Source: Dehalococcoidia bacterium | GTDB lineage: Bacteria > Chloroflexota > Dehalococcoidia > Plut-88900 | Assembly (NCBI GenBank): GCA_965197645.1 | Contig: OZ240219.1 | Coordinates: 2,208,001 to 2,272,000, forward strand | Reading direction: 5' to 3' | DNA: 64,000 bases | Shown here: in pieces, positions 1-11,087 of the stretch | Numbering within the stretch: the stretch's first letter is position 1 | Layout of the letters: each line of letters opens with the position of its first letter | Made by a program: the position numbers and the translations under genes | Notes under the pieces: generated by a model | Seen by the model: only the letters and a program-made list of their open reading frames with translations | Databases searched by the model: none | What the model was told of the DNA's origin: nothing

Positions 1-1729
1 GGCACATCGTCCCGTCCGCCTTCCTGCAGGCGCCCATCCCGTTGCACATCTCCACTGCGCCGGCGTAGCTCCCGAACTTTGAAAAGTCCAGGCTGGCGGT
101 GACGTGACGGGCCTTATAGCTGGCGCCGTACCGCAGGTTTTCGTCCATCGGCGGGCATTGGACTATCTTCCCCGGATTCATGATGCCCTGGGGGTCGAAG
201 GCATTTTTCAGCTCGACGAAGGCATCGTACAGCTTGGGGCCGAACATCTTGGAGGTCCATACCCCTCGGACGATGCCGTCGCCGTGTTCACCGCTCAGAG
301 AGCCTCCGAACTCAAGGACGAGGTCCGCCACCTCCTCGGCGATGGACAGCATGCCGTCGATCCCCTGCCGCGTCTTGAGGTTGATCAGAGGCCGGATGTG
401 GAGGCAGCCGACGCTGGCGTGCCCATAGTACCCCGCCTCAGTGCTGTGGGCCTTGACGATCTCATCGAATCTTCTAACGAAGTCTCCCAGCTTCTCCGGG
501 TCGACAGCGGTGTCCTCTACGAAGGGGATCGGTTTGGCGTCGCCGGTCACACTCATCAGCAGGCCCAGGCCGGCCTTGCGTACCGACCACGCCTTGGCCT
601 GCGCACCCCCGTCCGACAGGTTGACGCAGGCGTATCCTAACCCCCGTCCCAGCATATCCGTTCGGAAAGCCTCCATCTTGCCGGCGACCTCGGCCTCCGT
701 GTCCCCGAAGTGCTCGACGAGGAGCATCGCCCCCGGGTCACCTTCGACAAAGGTCATGTTGCGGCTGACGGCCAGCGATGACCGGGCCAACCTCAACACC
801 ATGTCGTCGACAAACTCCACGGCTGCCGGACCGTGCTCCAGCACCGCCGGTGCGGCGTCGCACGCCTCGAAGATGTCCTTGAAGTGGAGGACCGACGTGC
901 CGGTGCACCGCGGCACGGGCTCCAGCTTCACTTTCGCCTCGGTTATGGTGCACAGAGTTCCTTCCGAGCCTACGATCAGACGGGCCAGGTTGAACGGCCT
1001 GCCGCCGGTATATTCGTCCAGGTTGTAGCCGCTGACCCGCCGCATGATCCTCGGGTAGCGGGCCTCTATCTCCGCACTGTTCTCCCGGGCGATTCTCAAC
1101 GCCTCCCGATGCACCTCCGACTCGAAGTTGTCTCCCGCCATCCTGGCCTCCAACTCCTCCGGGGAGAGTGTCCTCAGGTGGGACTGGCTGCCGTCGGACA
1201 GTATCACTTGCAACTCCATCACCTGGTCCAGAGTTTTGCCGTAGAGGATGGAGTGAGCGCCGCAGGAGTTGTTCCCGATGGCGCCCCCTATGGTCGAGCG
1301 ATTGGCCGTCGTAGGGTCGGGAGCGAAATGAAGCCGATGGTCCGATAGCTGACGGTTCAGCGATTCCAGCACTATCCCCGGCTGCACCCGTGCCCACCCC
1401 TCTTCGGCATCGACCTCCAACACGCTGCTCATGTACTTGCTGAAGTCCATGACGATGCCATGGTTTACTGCCTGCCCCGATAGGCTGGTGCCTCCGCCAC
1501 GGGGAAGCAGAGGGACCCGCTCCCGTTTGGCCAGGTCCACCACGGCCAGCACGTCGTCCACGTTGCGGGGCACGACTACCCCCACGGGCATCATCTGGTA
1601 GATGCTGGCATCGGTGCTGTAGAGGACGCGGGAGGCCTGATCGAAGCGCACCTCTCCGGACACCCGCTTGGTCAGCTCGCGGGCCAGCTCCTCGGTCTCA
1701 CGCCGGCTTTTCGTCGCGCTGGAGGCCAT
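1..1729 (-). CDS. FAD-binding/Fe-S oxidoreductase (GlcD/YdiJ-like); 3' end runs off the window
   Basis: Absent from the ORF track (no stop in window). Manual translation from ATG 1729: MASSATKSRRETEELAREL...YSTDASIYQ...PRGGGTSLSGQ...GGAIGNNSCG...EHGDG...AVEMCNGMGACRK..TMC. The start overlaps the upstream stop (TAATG). Confidence 0.9.
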   Translation of the reverse strand, partial: MASSATKSRRETEELARELTKRVSGEVRFDQASRVLYSTDASIYQMMPVGVVVPRNVDDVLAVVDLAKRERVPLLPRGGGTSLSGQAVNHGIVMDFSKYMSSVLEVDAEEGWARVQPGIVLESLNRQLSDHRLHFAPDPTTANRSTIGGAIGNNSCGAHSILYGKTLDQVMELQVILSDGSQSHLRTLSPEELEARMAGDNFESEVHREALRIARENSAEIEARYPRIMRRVSGYNLDEYTGGRPFNLARLIVGSEGTLCTITEAKVKLEPVPRCTGTSVLHFKDIFEACDAAPAVLEHGPAAVEFVDDMVLRLARSSLAVSRNMTFVEGDPGAMLLVEHFGDTEAEVAGKMEAFRTDMLGRGLGYACVNLSDGGAQAKAWSVRKAGLGLLMSVTGDAKPIPFVEDTAVDPEKLGDFVRRFDEIVKAHSTEAGYYGHASVGCLHIRPLINLKTRQGIDGMLSIAEEVADLVLEFGGSLSGEHGDGIVRGVWTSKMFGPKLYDAFVELKNAFDPQGIMNPGKIVQCPPMDENLRYGASYKARHVTASLDFSKFGSYAGAVEMCNGMGACRKADGTMC

Positions 1730-2397
1730 TAGACCAGGCCGCATACCTGCGCCGGAGTCTCAAGCAGGTAGTCGGGCTCGGATTGGACCAGCAGTTCCTT
1801 GGCTGTGGCCCCCCATAGAGCGCCCGCCGAGGTGACCTCCGCGTTCTTGGCCGCCGTTATATCGATGTGGCTGTCGCCAACCATCAGCGCTTCTGCCGAG
1901 GTGATGTCCAGCTTGTCCAGGGCGAACAGTATAGGCGCCGGCTTTGGTTTGCTTTCTTCCACGTCTCCCCAGCCGACGACACAGTCGAACAGGTCCAGCA
2001 CGCCCAGTCGCTGCATCTCCACCACCACCCCGTAAGGCCCGTCCTCGTTTTCCAGGAGCTTGGCCTTGGAAGTGACAATCCCCAGGAGGACTCCCTGGTC
2101 CTTTAGCCGGCCCAGCATCTCCTCGATGCCATCGAACAGCCGGACCGATTTGGTGCCGTTTCGCCAGTACCACCTCTGGTAGTCGGTCCACATCTTCTGG
2201 GCCGTTTCCCGGTCACCGACCAGGTCCGTCCAGATGTCGATCTGGGGCCGGCCCGCCCAGTCCTTCATTACCTGGTCCAGGTCTACGCTAGAGTCCAGCA
2301 CCCCCTCGGCGGCGACCTCCGCGGCCTTGATACGGGCGGAGAAGGTGTCGCACAGAGTATCGTCGTAATCGAACAGGACGGCCTTGAATGGGGACAT
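1729..2397 (-). CDS. HAD-superfamily phosphatase (Gph/PpaX-like)
   Basis: FDYDDTL motif I, IVTSK motif II, KPKP and VGDSHID motifs III/IV. Confidence 0.9.
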   Translation of the reverse strand: MSPFKAVLFDYDDTLCDTFSARIKAAEVAAEGVLDSSVDLDQVMKDWAGRPQIDIWTDLVGDRETAQKMWTDYQRWYWRNGTKSVRLFDGIEEMLGRLKDQGVLLGIVTSKAKLLENEDGPYGVVVEMQRLGVLDLFDCVVGWGDVEESKPKPAPILFALDKLDITSAEALMVGDSHIDITAAKNAEVTSAGALWGATAKELLVQSEPDYLLETPAQVCGLV

Positions 2398-2409
2398 CAG
2401 ATGCTCAAG

Positions 2410-3741
2410 CTAGCTCGGGATGTACTTGCGCCAGTCGAGCGTGGCTTCCGGCTGGTCGACATAAAGAGGCTGTACCGCGTGCAATACCTCGATGGCGGCG
2501 CGACGTCCGGTCTCCAGAGCTCCATGCACACACTCCGCACTCCGACCTTCGGCGGTCGCCTCTCCGGCCCAGTACAGAGGTGGTGTAGGGGAAGCCAGGT
2601 CGGCCCGCAGCCCGCCTCCACCAACGGTCCCCACGCTCACGCCGCCCAGCGCCCACGGGTCTGCGGCCCAATCTACGATGTCCAGGCTGACCAGCTCCTC
2701 TTCCAGGTCGACCCCCGGAAACATCTCTCCCAGCTCGCTGAACATCATCGAGCGAATCCTACCCGGATCGCCCTTGAACTCCTCGGCGCGGTCCGCTCCC
2801 AGGAACATGATCAGGGTCGGTGGGCCGGGCCTGTCCCAGAAGTGGGAGCTGTAGCTACCGAGCAACGAGTCTCCGTGCTGGAAGCCGAGGACCTTGCCCA
2901 GCGTATCCTCCCAGAAGGGCCGCTGGGACTCGACCACCACCTTTATGAGCGGTCCCATTCCCAACTCCTCTATAGCCCGCGCCTTTTTCTCTGTCAGCTC
3001 CGGGGTGAACTCGATCTTCCCGGACTGCAGCACCCCGAGCGATGCGGTGACGATGGCGGTCTTTGCTTCAAACTCCCCCGCTGAAGAGTGTACCCGTACT
3101 CCGTCCTCTCCCCACTCGACGGCTGAGGCCGGGCTGTCGAACCGGACGGAGTCCATTAACGGCTCGCTCAACCTGCGCCACAGCTCGCTGTAACCCTCCA
3201 CGATCGAGAAGTTCAGGCTCTCCGGAGACACCAGGCTCCAGGCGTGCTGAGCCGACTTGGAGCTCGCTTTGTGGGGATCTATCGGCGTCATGATCCGCAT
3301 CGTAGACGTGATCGAGTCCAGCTGGGCTTCGCTGAATCCGTAGTTCACCAATGCCTCGTGCAGGCTGACGTTGTCCCCATCCGGACAGTCCAGCGCCTCT
3401 GCTAACTGCCTGTAAGCCTGGTCGATATCCGGTTCCGGATCGTAGTTCCACTCGCCGTTTTCGAACACCGGGTTTAGACGCCTTTCTTCCATCGGCACGA
3501 AATGGGTCGTCAGACCGAGCCGGACCAGCAGCTCCCAGGTTGCCACCGTCGCACCGTGTACCAGCTGAGCGCCCCGCTCGACGGCGCTGCCGTCGGAGAG
3601 GGGCTTGCTGTGAGCCCTGCCCCCAATGTGGTCCCGGGCTTCCAGCACCAGCATCCTTCTGCCCGCTTCCTGAAGGGTGACGCCGGCGATCAGGCCCGCA
3701 GGCCCGGCTCCGATTACTATGCAATCATACTCTTCAGCCAT
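2410..3741 (-). CDS. flavin monoamine oxidase family protein
   Basis: GAGPAG...LEARDHIGGR FAD-binding N-terminus; WAGEAT...VHGALETG C-terminus. Confidence 0.88.
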   Translation of the reverse strand: MAEEYDCIVIGAGPAGLIAGVTLQEAGRRMLVLEARDHIGGRAHSKPLSDGSAVERGAQLVHGATVATWELLVRLGLTTHFVPMEERRLNPVFENGEWNYDPEPDIDQAYRQLAEALDCPDGDNVSLHEALVNYGFSEAQLDSITSTMRIMTPIDPHKASSKSAQHAWSLVSPESLNFSIVEGYSELWRRLSEPLMDSVRFDSPASAVEWGEDGVRVHSSAGEFEAKTAIVTASLGVLQSGKIEFTPELTEKKARAIEELGMGPLIKVVVESQRPFWEDTLGKVLGFQHGDSLLGSYSSHFWDRPGPPTLIMFLGADRAEEFKGDPGRIRSMMFSELGEMFPGVDLEEELVSLDIVDWAADPWALGGVSVGTVGGGGLRADLASPTPPLYWAGEATAEGRSAECVHGALETGRRAAIEVLHAVQPLYVDQPEATLDWRKYIPS

Positions 3742-3786
3742 CTCTCACCTTCGGGATAAGGTAGTGCATACAACTCACTGCTGTCG

Positions 3787-3815
3787 CTTATACTGGAGCG
3801 CTCCCAGGTTGTCAA
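3787..3815 (-). promoter_or_regulatory. sigma70-type promoter for the amine oxidase-HAD-oxidoreductase run
   Basis: TTGACA (3815-3810), 17 nt, TATAAG (3792-3787). Confidence 0.6.
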
Positions 3816-3824
3816 GGATTTCTG

Positions 3825-3854
3825 TTGACGGTTGGCCGGCGCCACGGTTACACT
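3825..3854 (+). promoter_or_regulatory. sigma70-type promoter for the DsbA-family selenoprotein gene
   Basis: TTGACG (3825-3830), 18 nt, TACACT (3849-3854); back-to-back with the minus-strand promoter. Confidence 0.55.
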
Positions 3855-3898
3855 CCAACCCTACTCACCCAGAACCGTGAAATCTAGAGGATGGCAAG

Positions 3899-4519
3899 AT
3901 GGCTGATCCCGTGAAGGTGCAGGTCTTCTCCGACTACATATGACCCTGGTGCTACATCGGTCTGGAGCGGATCGAACGACTGGAGTCCGAGTACGACGTC
4001 GATGTCGAGTGGAAGGCCTTTCTACTCAAACCCGACGTTCCCCCCGAGGGGGAGCCGTATCCCCTCAAGGAAGGCGAGACCAACGAGCTCAGGGGCCACA
4101 TGAGAGACTCGGCGGAGGAGGCCGGCCTGACGAAAATGCGCCGCCAGACCCTCACTCCCAACACCCGCCCCTCCTTCGAGGTGGGGGAGTTCGCCAAGGA
4201 GAAAGGCCTCTTCGACCAGTTCCACAAGAGCATGTTCCAGGCCTTCTGGGAAGAGGGCAAGAACATCGGCGCCGATGGCGTCTTGGAGCAGATCCTGCAA
4301 AGCTCCGGCCTGGACTGGGAAGAATACGCATCCTCGGAGCACCGAACCCACTATACTCAAAAGGTGGAGGGCCAGCTAATGGAGTCCCGTATGTACGGGA
4401 TAACGGGGGTACCCGCCTTCATCCTGGACAGGTATCTGATCTCGGGGGCGCAGCCCTACCAGGTCTTTCAGCAGGTGATGGAGCACATCCAGAAGGAGCG
4501 CAGCTCAGAGGGGCCCTAG
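3899..4519 (+). CDS. DsbA/FrnE-family thiol-disulfide oxidoreductase, probable selenoprotein (Sec at TGA 3941-3943)
   Basis: AGAGGA RBS, ATG 3899, MADPVKVQVFSDYI-(TGA)-PWCYIG, continuing in frame into ORF 4100-4519 with GVPAF and ISGAQP. The TGA occupies the first Cys of the family CPWC motif. Confidence 0.88.
3957..3975 (+). promoter_or_regulatory. candidate bacterial SECIS hairpin
   Basis: UCGGUCU-GGAGC-GGAUCGA: 7-bp stem (2 G-U pairs) with a G-first 5-nt loop starting 20 nt after the UGA. Confidence 0.6.
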
Positions 4520-4607
4520 TCTCGGTCTTGCAGGCCTGTTCTGTTCGAAAGGAGACCTTGGGCGGGTCGCCGGTGAATGCGACCCGGCGTTGATAATAGG
4601 TTAAGTC

Positions 4608-4949
4608 CTACCCGTCCTCGAACGCTTCCGGCTGCTGGTACACGTTGAACGTCAGCCCGTAGGGATCGCTCAAGTAACAGGGCCTACCCAGGCCCTCCCA
4701 CCGGACCACGCGACACCCGGCCCCTACCAGCTCCCTCTTCGCCTCCTCTATGTCGGGCACCAGAAACTCCATGACCGGCCCCTTCCTATCTCCCGGGTCG
4801 ACATAAAGTGTGATGGGTCCAGCTTCGAACGCCGTCGAATCCCCCTCCACTCCTTTGATTGGAAGGCCCAATACGTCCCTGTAGAACCCCACAGCCGCCT
4901 CGGCGTCCGGAGCCTCCAGAGCGATGTTAGTGCTGTACTTGTACGGCAC
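4608..4949 (-). CDS. VOC/glyoxalase family protein
   Basis: A..FYRDVLGL and Y..DPYG..F motifs; GTG start. Confidence 0.85.
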   Translation of the reverse strand: MPYKYSTNIALEAPDAEAAVGFYRDVLGLPIKGVEGDSTAFEAGPITLYVDPGDRKGPVMEFLVPDIEEAKRELVGAGCRVVRWEGLGRPCYLSDPYGLTFNVYQQPEAFEDG

Positions 4950-5049
4950 AAAAGTCCTCCATACCCTTGCTTAAGCTGGCATCTTTTCCATGCCTCTACA
5001 AGCATATACTCGGTGGCCCCCTCATCGTGAAGCGGTAGGACGAAAGCTC

Positions 5050-5895
5050 TCAGTTGAAGAATGGATCTTGGCCCTGTTCAATTCCAGCGACGATCCGTGA
5101 CTTCCTTTTGACCCAATCCATGTAAGAGATGTAGTAGGCAGGGTCGTGCTTCTGGATAGCTGCTCGCATTTCTACAATTTGCCGCTGGTCTCCCTTCAGC
5201 TCGAGTTCCTCCAACTGCCGGGTCAAGTTCTGCAAAGTAGGGTCAGTTGTTTCGGGCGGCTGAAGAGCCTCTCTTCGCTGGGTCACGTGGACGCGGGTCG
5301 CTTCTCCCTTCAGCTTCTTGATTGCTCCTCCGAGTACCCCTCTTACGTCACTATGGTCCTCCATGTCCATCGCTCTACGCAAAGCTGACTCAGACTCGTA
5401 GAAGCGGATATCCCCCAATGCCCAGGCCGACCATTGTCTTACCTCCACCGACCGATCATTAAGGGCCGCTATCAGGCGAGGTCCCGCATCCTGAAACTTC
5501 AAATTGCCCAGTGCCCAGGCAGACCATGCTCGGACATCTTTCCACGGATCATCAAGCGCAGCGATCAAGCGTGGCCCCGCCTCCCGATACTTCAAATTGC
5601 CCAGCGCATAAGCCGACCATTCTCTTACCTCCGGTGACGGATCGTTAAGGGCCGCGATCAAGCGTGGCCCTGCCTCCCGATACTTCAACTTGCCAAGAGC
5701 TGAGGCTGAATATGCTCGAACTCCTGGCGAACGATCATCGAGAGTGGTTACCAAGCGTGGCCCCGCCTCCAGGTAACGCAGCTCGCCCAGCTTCCACGCC
5801 GCCCATGCTCGAACTTCTGGTGACCGCTCATCAAGAGCGTCGATAAGGAGTTGCGCCGTCCCTGGTATCTCTGCTTGCTTATATCCCATGTACAT
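5050..5895 (-). CDS. HEAT-repeat (PBS lyase-like) protein with an unknown C-terminal domain
   Basis: About five 31-aa repeats LIAALxDxxxxVRxWSAxALGxLxYxEAGPR. Confidence 0.85.
   Translation of the reverse strand: MYMGYKQAEIPGTAQLLIDALDERSPEVRAWAAWKLGELRYLEAGPRLVTTLDDRSPGVRAYSASALGKLKYREAGPRLIAALNDPSPEVREWSAYALGNLKYREAGPRLIAALDDPWKDVRAWSAWALGNLKFQDAGPRLIAALNDRSVEVRQWSAWALGDIRFYESESALRRAMDMEDHSDVRGVLGGAIKKLKGEATRVHVTQRREALQPPETTDPTLQNLTRQLEELELKGDQRQIVEMRAAIQKHDPAYYISYMDWVKRKSRIVAGIEQGQDPFFN
5404..5847 (-). repeat. ~93-bp tandem coding repeats (about 5 units)
   Basis: Recurring DNA blocks gatcaagcgtggccc..gcctcccgatacttcaa.ttgcc at a 93-nt period. Confidence 0.8.
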
Positions 5896-6049
5896 CTGCT
5901 CCCGGCGTTAGAGTCCTCTTCAGATTGAAGCAATTCAACAACGTTCAGACCAAATTGAGAGCGCTTTTCCTCGGTGGCAAGCTGCTGCCTTTGCCCTTCT
6001 GCAAGCCTCTTCACTCGGCGTCCAATCACGGCTTGTCCGACGACTTCGG

Positions 6050-7510
6050 TCATTCGTTGCGAAGCTCTTCGGGCCACGGAACATCGCTGGGCAGCGGGCG
6101 GACCGGGGCACGGTGGGAGGCCCGCGGCGCCTGGCCCAGTTCCACACCCGCGGCTTGAGCCGACAACATGGCGATCTCCTCCCGGCACCGTCTTCCCTGG
6201 CAGTGGCCCAGGCCGGCGCGGGTGGTCCGCTTCACCTGGTCCAGATCGAGAGCCCCAGCGTTCTTCAGACCTTCGAAATTGCGGGCGCCCTGCTCCTTGC
6301 CTACACGCCCCAGAGGCTTCGGGGGAGCGGCGTCAAGGAGCTCCCCGCGGGTTACCTCCTCGCAGGGGCACACGTGGACATCCATACCTCCGGCGGATAC
6401 CAGCGACGACAGCCAGGCTGAGCGATACGCGGCGACGGGACCGCCTCCCACGACGCCCAATGTCGGGATCAACCCCGTTCGCGTCTTCTCGGCCTCAGCT
6501 TCGTCTACCAGCCCCAGCGATTCGGCGACCGAAAGCGCCGCCAGCCTACCCTGTCTCGCCGCTATCTCCGGGTTGTGTACCATGTTCTCGGTGAACCCGT
6601 CGACGTCACCGGCCACGTAGACATTGCCCACCCTGGTGCGCCGGTACTCGTCCCGGTCCGGCACGTAGCCGCCAAGCTCGGCCCGGAAGCTCATGAGACA
6701 TCCGGTGAGATCGGCAAGCTCCACGTTGGGTACCAGGCCTATAGCCAGGCACACGGTGTCGCAACCTATCTCCGTTTCGCTGTCTCCGTCTATCGGGCGG
6801 ATGACCAGAGACTCAACTTCCCTGTGGCCTCGTGCCTCCTGTACGGTGTGGGAGGTATGGAAAGGAACGCCTGTCGCTTCCACCTTCAATCGGAGGTCCT
6901 CCGATCCCCTCACTTCGGTCGATACGTCCACGATGCCGGCCACTTCGATGTTGTGCTCCATGGCCTTCAAGGCTGTCGCCAGCCCCAGGTCTCCGGAACC
7001 GAGAACGACCATCCTGGTCCCGTTCAGCGCCTGGTATCGACTGATGAGGGAATCGACGGCGTTGGCACCCATGACACCTGCCAGGTTACGGCCGGGAAAG
7101 CCAAGCACAAAATCCCTGGCCCCCGTGGCCAGTATCAGGTTGTCGTACTCCAGGAGCCAGGCCCGCTTGTCATCGGCGAGGCCAAGAATCGGCGCCTCTA
7201 GCTGACGGCCGTGCTCCTGGCTGACGAAACTGCCCCACACGTAGGTGCCCAGCTGCACGTCGACGCCAGCGTCTCCAACGGAAGAGAGCAGGCTATTGGA
7301 CTGGACTATTCGTCGGAGCATCAACTCCTTGTCCTGGACAGTGGTCATCATCCTCTGGCCGAAGTAGAGGGGTACGTCCGAGGCCATCATCGATAAGTCC
7401 AGGGGGTTCTCGTCGATGAGGGTAACCTCAACGCCTAACCTGGCAGCCTCGAGGGCCGCCGACGCTCCCGCAACCCCGCCGCCCACAACCGCTAGCTGTA
7501 CCCTGTCCAT
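6050..7510 (-). CDS. FAD-dependent oxidoreductase, HcnB/opine oxidase A/sarcosine oxidase alpha-like, with C-terminal BFD-like [2Fe-2S] motif
   Basis: GGGVAG, LATGAR, VYVAGD; CPCEEV...RAGLGHCQGRRC. Confidence 0.8.
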   Translation of the reverse strand: MDRVQLAVVGGGVAGASAALEAARLGVEVTLIDENPLDLSMMASDVPLYFGQRMMTTVQDKELMLRRIVQSNSLLSSVGDAGVDVQLGTYVWGSFVSQEHGRQLEAPILGLADDKRAWLLEYDNLILATGARDFVLGFPGRNLAGVMGANAVDSLISRYQALNGTRMVVLGSGDLGLATALKAMEHNIEVAGIVDVSTEVRGSEDLRLKVEATGVPFHTSHTVQEARGHREVESLVIRPIDGDSETEIGCDTVCLAIGLVPNVELADLTGCLMSFRAELGGYVPDRDEYRRTRVGNVYVAGDVDGFTENMVHNPEIAARQGRLAALSVAESLGLVDEAEAEKTRTGLIPTLGVVGGGPVAAYRSAWLSSLVSAGGMDVHVCPCEEVTRGELLDAAPPKPLGRVGKEQGARNFEGLKNAGALDLDQVKRTTRAGLGHCQGRRCREEIAMLSAQAAGVELGQAPRASHRAPVRPLPSDVPWPEELRNE

Positions 7511-7568
7511 GATCGTATCGAGGCGTTAGTCCGGGTCGTGGGGAACGCGCTCTCCGGGCATATGGGAC

Positions 7569-8765
7569 TTAGCCGCTGCTCGGAATCAGCTGGCCCGGCC
7601 GCTCCAGGATCTGCTTGAGCCTGCGCAGGAAGCTGGCAGCCGGCGCCCCGTCCACCACTCGGTGGTCGATGGTCAGGCTGAGCGTGCCCATCTCTCTCAC
7701 TACGATTTCGTCACCCTGGACCACCGGTTTCTTCGCTATCCTACCCACGCCCAGGATGGCGGTCTGTCCCGTGTTCAGGATCGGGGTGAACCCGTCCACC
7801 GAGCCCAGGACGGTGAGGGTGAATGTCCCGCCGGCCATGTGGTCGGGCAGGAGCTTGCCGTTCTGCGCCTTATCGACCAGCGCTATCCGCTCTTCCGCCA
7901 GCCCGATGACGTCTTTCCCGTTCACGTCCTTGATCACCGGGACGACCAGCCCGTCGTCGAGGGCCACCGCCAGCCCGATATTGACCTGGCTATAGTAGTG
8001 GATACTCCCATCGACCATTGCCGAGTTGAGCTTCGGGTGCCTTTGGAGGGCCTCTCCGCAGGCTTTCATGAAGAAGTCCGCCGTCGAGAGGGTCACGCCG
8101 CTCTTCTGGGACCCCTCTTTGCGCAGTGCGCCAGCATCGGTCATGTCCACGTCCAGGTGGAGGGTCAGCTGGGCCGTATTGGCCAGGCTCGAGTGCATGC
8201 GCTCGGCTATGATCTTGCGCATGCCCTGCACCGGCGACACCTCCGAGGGCTCCGGCATCCCTGGCATGGCGGGCGTCGACCGTCCGGCCCCTTTCTGCTC
8301 GGCGTAAGCGCGAACGTCGGACTCGGTAATCCTACCGCCGGTTCGGGCCGGCGGCACCTGGGCTATGTCGATATCCAGCTTGGCAGCCAGCCTTCGAGCG
8401 CTGGGCGCCGCTCGGACTCCTTCCGCTGCAGGCGCCGACCGTGAAGCCGATGCCGCGCTGGAGGCGGGCGTCGCCTGTGATGCGGCTGCGGGTGGGCTGC
8501 TGGGTTTGGGTACCTCGGGAGCCGGTTCTCCTTCCGCCAGCAGAAAGGCTATCAGCCCCTCGACGGGCACAACATCGCCCTCCTGGGCTACGGGATGAAA
8601 CAGGCCCACATTCGGGGCTTCGAGCTCGTAGGTGATCTTCTCCGTGGTTATCTCGGCCAGCGGCTCACCCAGGCTCACTGATTCCCCGGCATTCTTGTGC
8701 CACTTCGCCAGGGTCCCCTCGGTCATTATCATGCCCAGGTGGGGCATGCGGATCTCCGTGGCCAT
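7569..8765 (-). CDS. acoC: dihydrolipoamide acyltransferase (E2)
   Basis: Lipoyl domain TEKIT, PSARRLA peripheral subunit-binding domain, catalytic DHRVVDG. Confidence 0.88.
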   Translation of the reverse strand: MATEIRMPHLGMIMTEGTLAKWHKNAGESVSLGEPLAEITTEKITYELEAPNVGLFHPVAQEGDVVPVEGLIAFLLAEGEPAPEVPKPSSPPAAASQATPASSAASASRSAPAAEGVRAAPSARRLAAKLDIDIAQVPPARTGGRITESDVRAYAEQKGAGRSTPAMPGMPEPSEVSPVQGMRKIIAERMHSSLANTAQLTLHLDVDMTDAGALRKEGSQKSGVTLSTADFFMKACGEALQRHPKLNSAMVDGSIHYYSQVNIGLAVALDDGLVVPVIKDVNGKDVIGLAEERIALVDKAQNGKLLPDHMAGGTFTLTVLGSVDGFTPILNTGQTAILGVGRIAKKPVVQGDEIVVREMGTLSLTIDHRVVDGAPAASFLRRLKQILERPGQLIPSSG

Positions 8766-8768
8766 GCC

Positions 8769-9836
<1,068 letters not shown>

Positions 9837-9860
9837 CGTCCTGTCCTGGGGGATTCTGCT

Positions 9861-10847
9861 CTACCGGTAGTTGACGTAAACATCGTTCATCAGCTCTTCG
9901 GGCTCCGGCCAGGAGCTCTCGTCGGCGTACTTCACCGCCGCGTCTATCCTCTCCAGGACGTCCTCGTCGATCTTCTCCAGCTCGTCCCTGGTGATCTCTC
10001 CGCTCTCCAGCACGTGGATTTTGAAGGTCTCTATGCAGTCCTTGCTGCGGTAGTGGTCCTCCTCTTCCTTAGTCCGGTAGCCCAGCGGATTGTCGGCGCC
10101 GAAGTGTCCGTAGTATCGATAGGTCTGGGCCTCTATGACGGTTGGCCCTTCGCCGGCGCGGGCTCGTCTCACTGCCTCCTTGCAGACCTTGTACATTTCG
10201 ACTGTGTCCTGACCGTCGACGTGCACCCCCGGCATCCCGTAGCCCGCTCCCCGGGCGCTCACCGAGCCCCCGGCCAGCGAGTACTCCACCGGAGTGGCCT
10301 CGGCGTACCCGTTGTTTTCGCAGATGAAGATCACCCCCAGCTTCCAGATGGAGGCCAGGTTCATCGATTCGTGGAGGGCGCCCTGGTTCGCTCCGCCGTC
10401 CCCGAAGAAAACTACGGCAACCTGATCGGTGCCCCGGACCTTGGCGCTCAGGGCTGCGCCGGTGGCCACCGGCACGTTGGAGGCGATGACGCCGTTGGCG
10501 CCCAGCATGCCGACGTCCAGGTCGGCGATGTGCATCGTGCCTCCCTTGCCCTTGTTTGTACCCGTGGCCTTGCCCATCAGCTCGGCCATCATCTTGTTGG
10601 GGTCTACACCTTTGGCCAGGCAGTGATGGTGGCTGCGATGATTCCCCAGCACGTAGTCATCGGGTCTCAGGTGGGTGCATATCCCTGCCGCTACCGATTC
10701 CTGTCCCACCGACGAGTGGATGCCGCCTATCGGTTTCCCCGAGTCGGCCTCCCTATTTGCCCTCTCCTCGAACTGGCGTATGGTGGCCATGGTCTTGTAA
10801 AGCCACAGCATCTCATCTCTATTCGGGGCGTTTTCCGGGTTCGCCAT
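9861..10847 (-). CDS. acoA: 2-oxoacid/acetoin dehydrogenase E1 alpha subunit (TPP)
   Basis: GDGG...ENN TPP motif, HRSHHH, TYRYYGH. Confidence 0.88.
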   Translation of the reverse strand: MANPENAPNRDEMLWLYKTMATIRQFEERANREADSGKPIGGIHSSVGQESVAAGICTHLRPDDYVLGNHRSHHHCLAKGVDPNKMMAELMGKATGTNKGKGGTMHIADLDVGMLGANGVIASNVPVATGAALSAKVRGTDQVAVVFFGDGGANQGALHESMNLASIWKLGVIFICENNGYAEATPVEYSLAGGSVSARGAGYGMPGVHVDGQDTVEMYKVCKEAVRRARAGEGPTVIEAQTYRYYGHFGADNPLGYRTKEEEDHYRSKDCIETFKIHVLESGEITRDELEKIDEDVLERIDAAVKYADESSWPEPEELMNDVYVNYR

Positions 10848-11087
10848 TGAATTCCTCCCCTGGGCCGGCTAAACCGCCGAAGACGATGCCACCCTTTGCC
10901 GCGTGCTCGCCTTTTGCAGCATACTGGGATTCTGTGGGGGTTGGGGTGTCATCGTGAGTGTAAATTGGGGGCTGCCTACCTGTCAACGCTGGGCGCGCTC
11001 TACCCAGCTTTGGAGAATTGGACTCAGTCGAGTCAACTGGTACTCTATGGGCGCTCACCAGTCGGCCCCGAAGGAGGCGTTTTCACA

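Noticed and set aside
104-1397. ORF-track ORFs at 104-640, 441-1028, 738-1397 and 833-1348
   Set aside because: These are shadows of the real minus-strand oxidoreductase (1729 to the window edge), which the track omits.
5404-5847. Periodic repeats as a CRISPR array
   Set aside because: They are in-frame 93-bp coding HEAT repeats with no unique spacers or cas genes.
6020-6052. Possible Sec read-through at the TGA ending the HcnB-like gene
   Set aside because: No Cys-type motif context, and another TGA follows within 8 codons.
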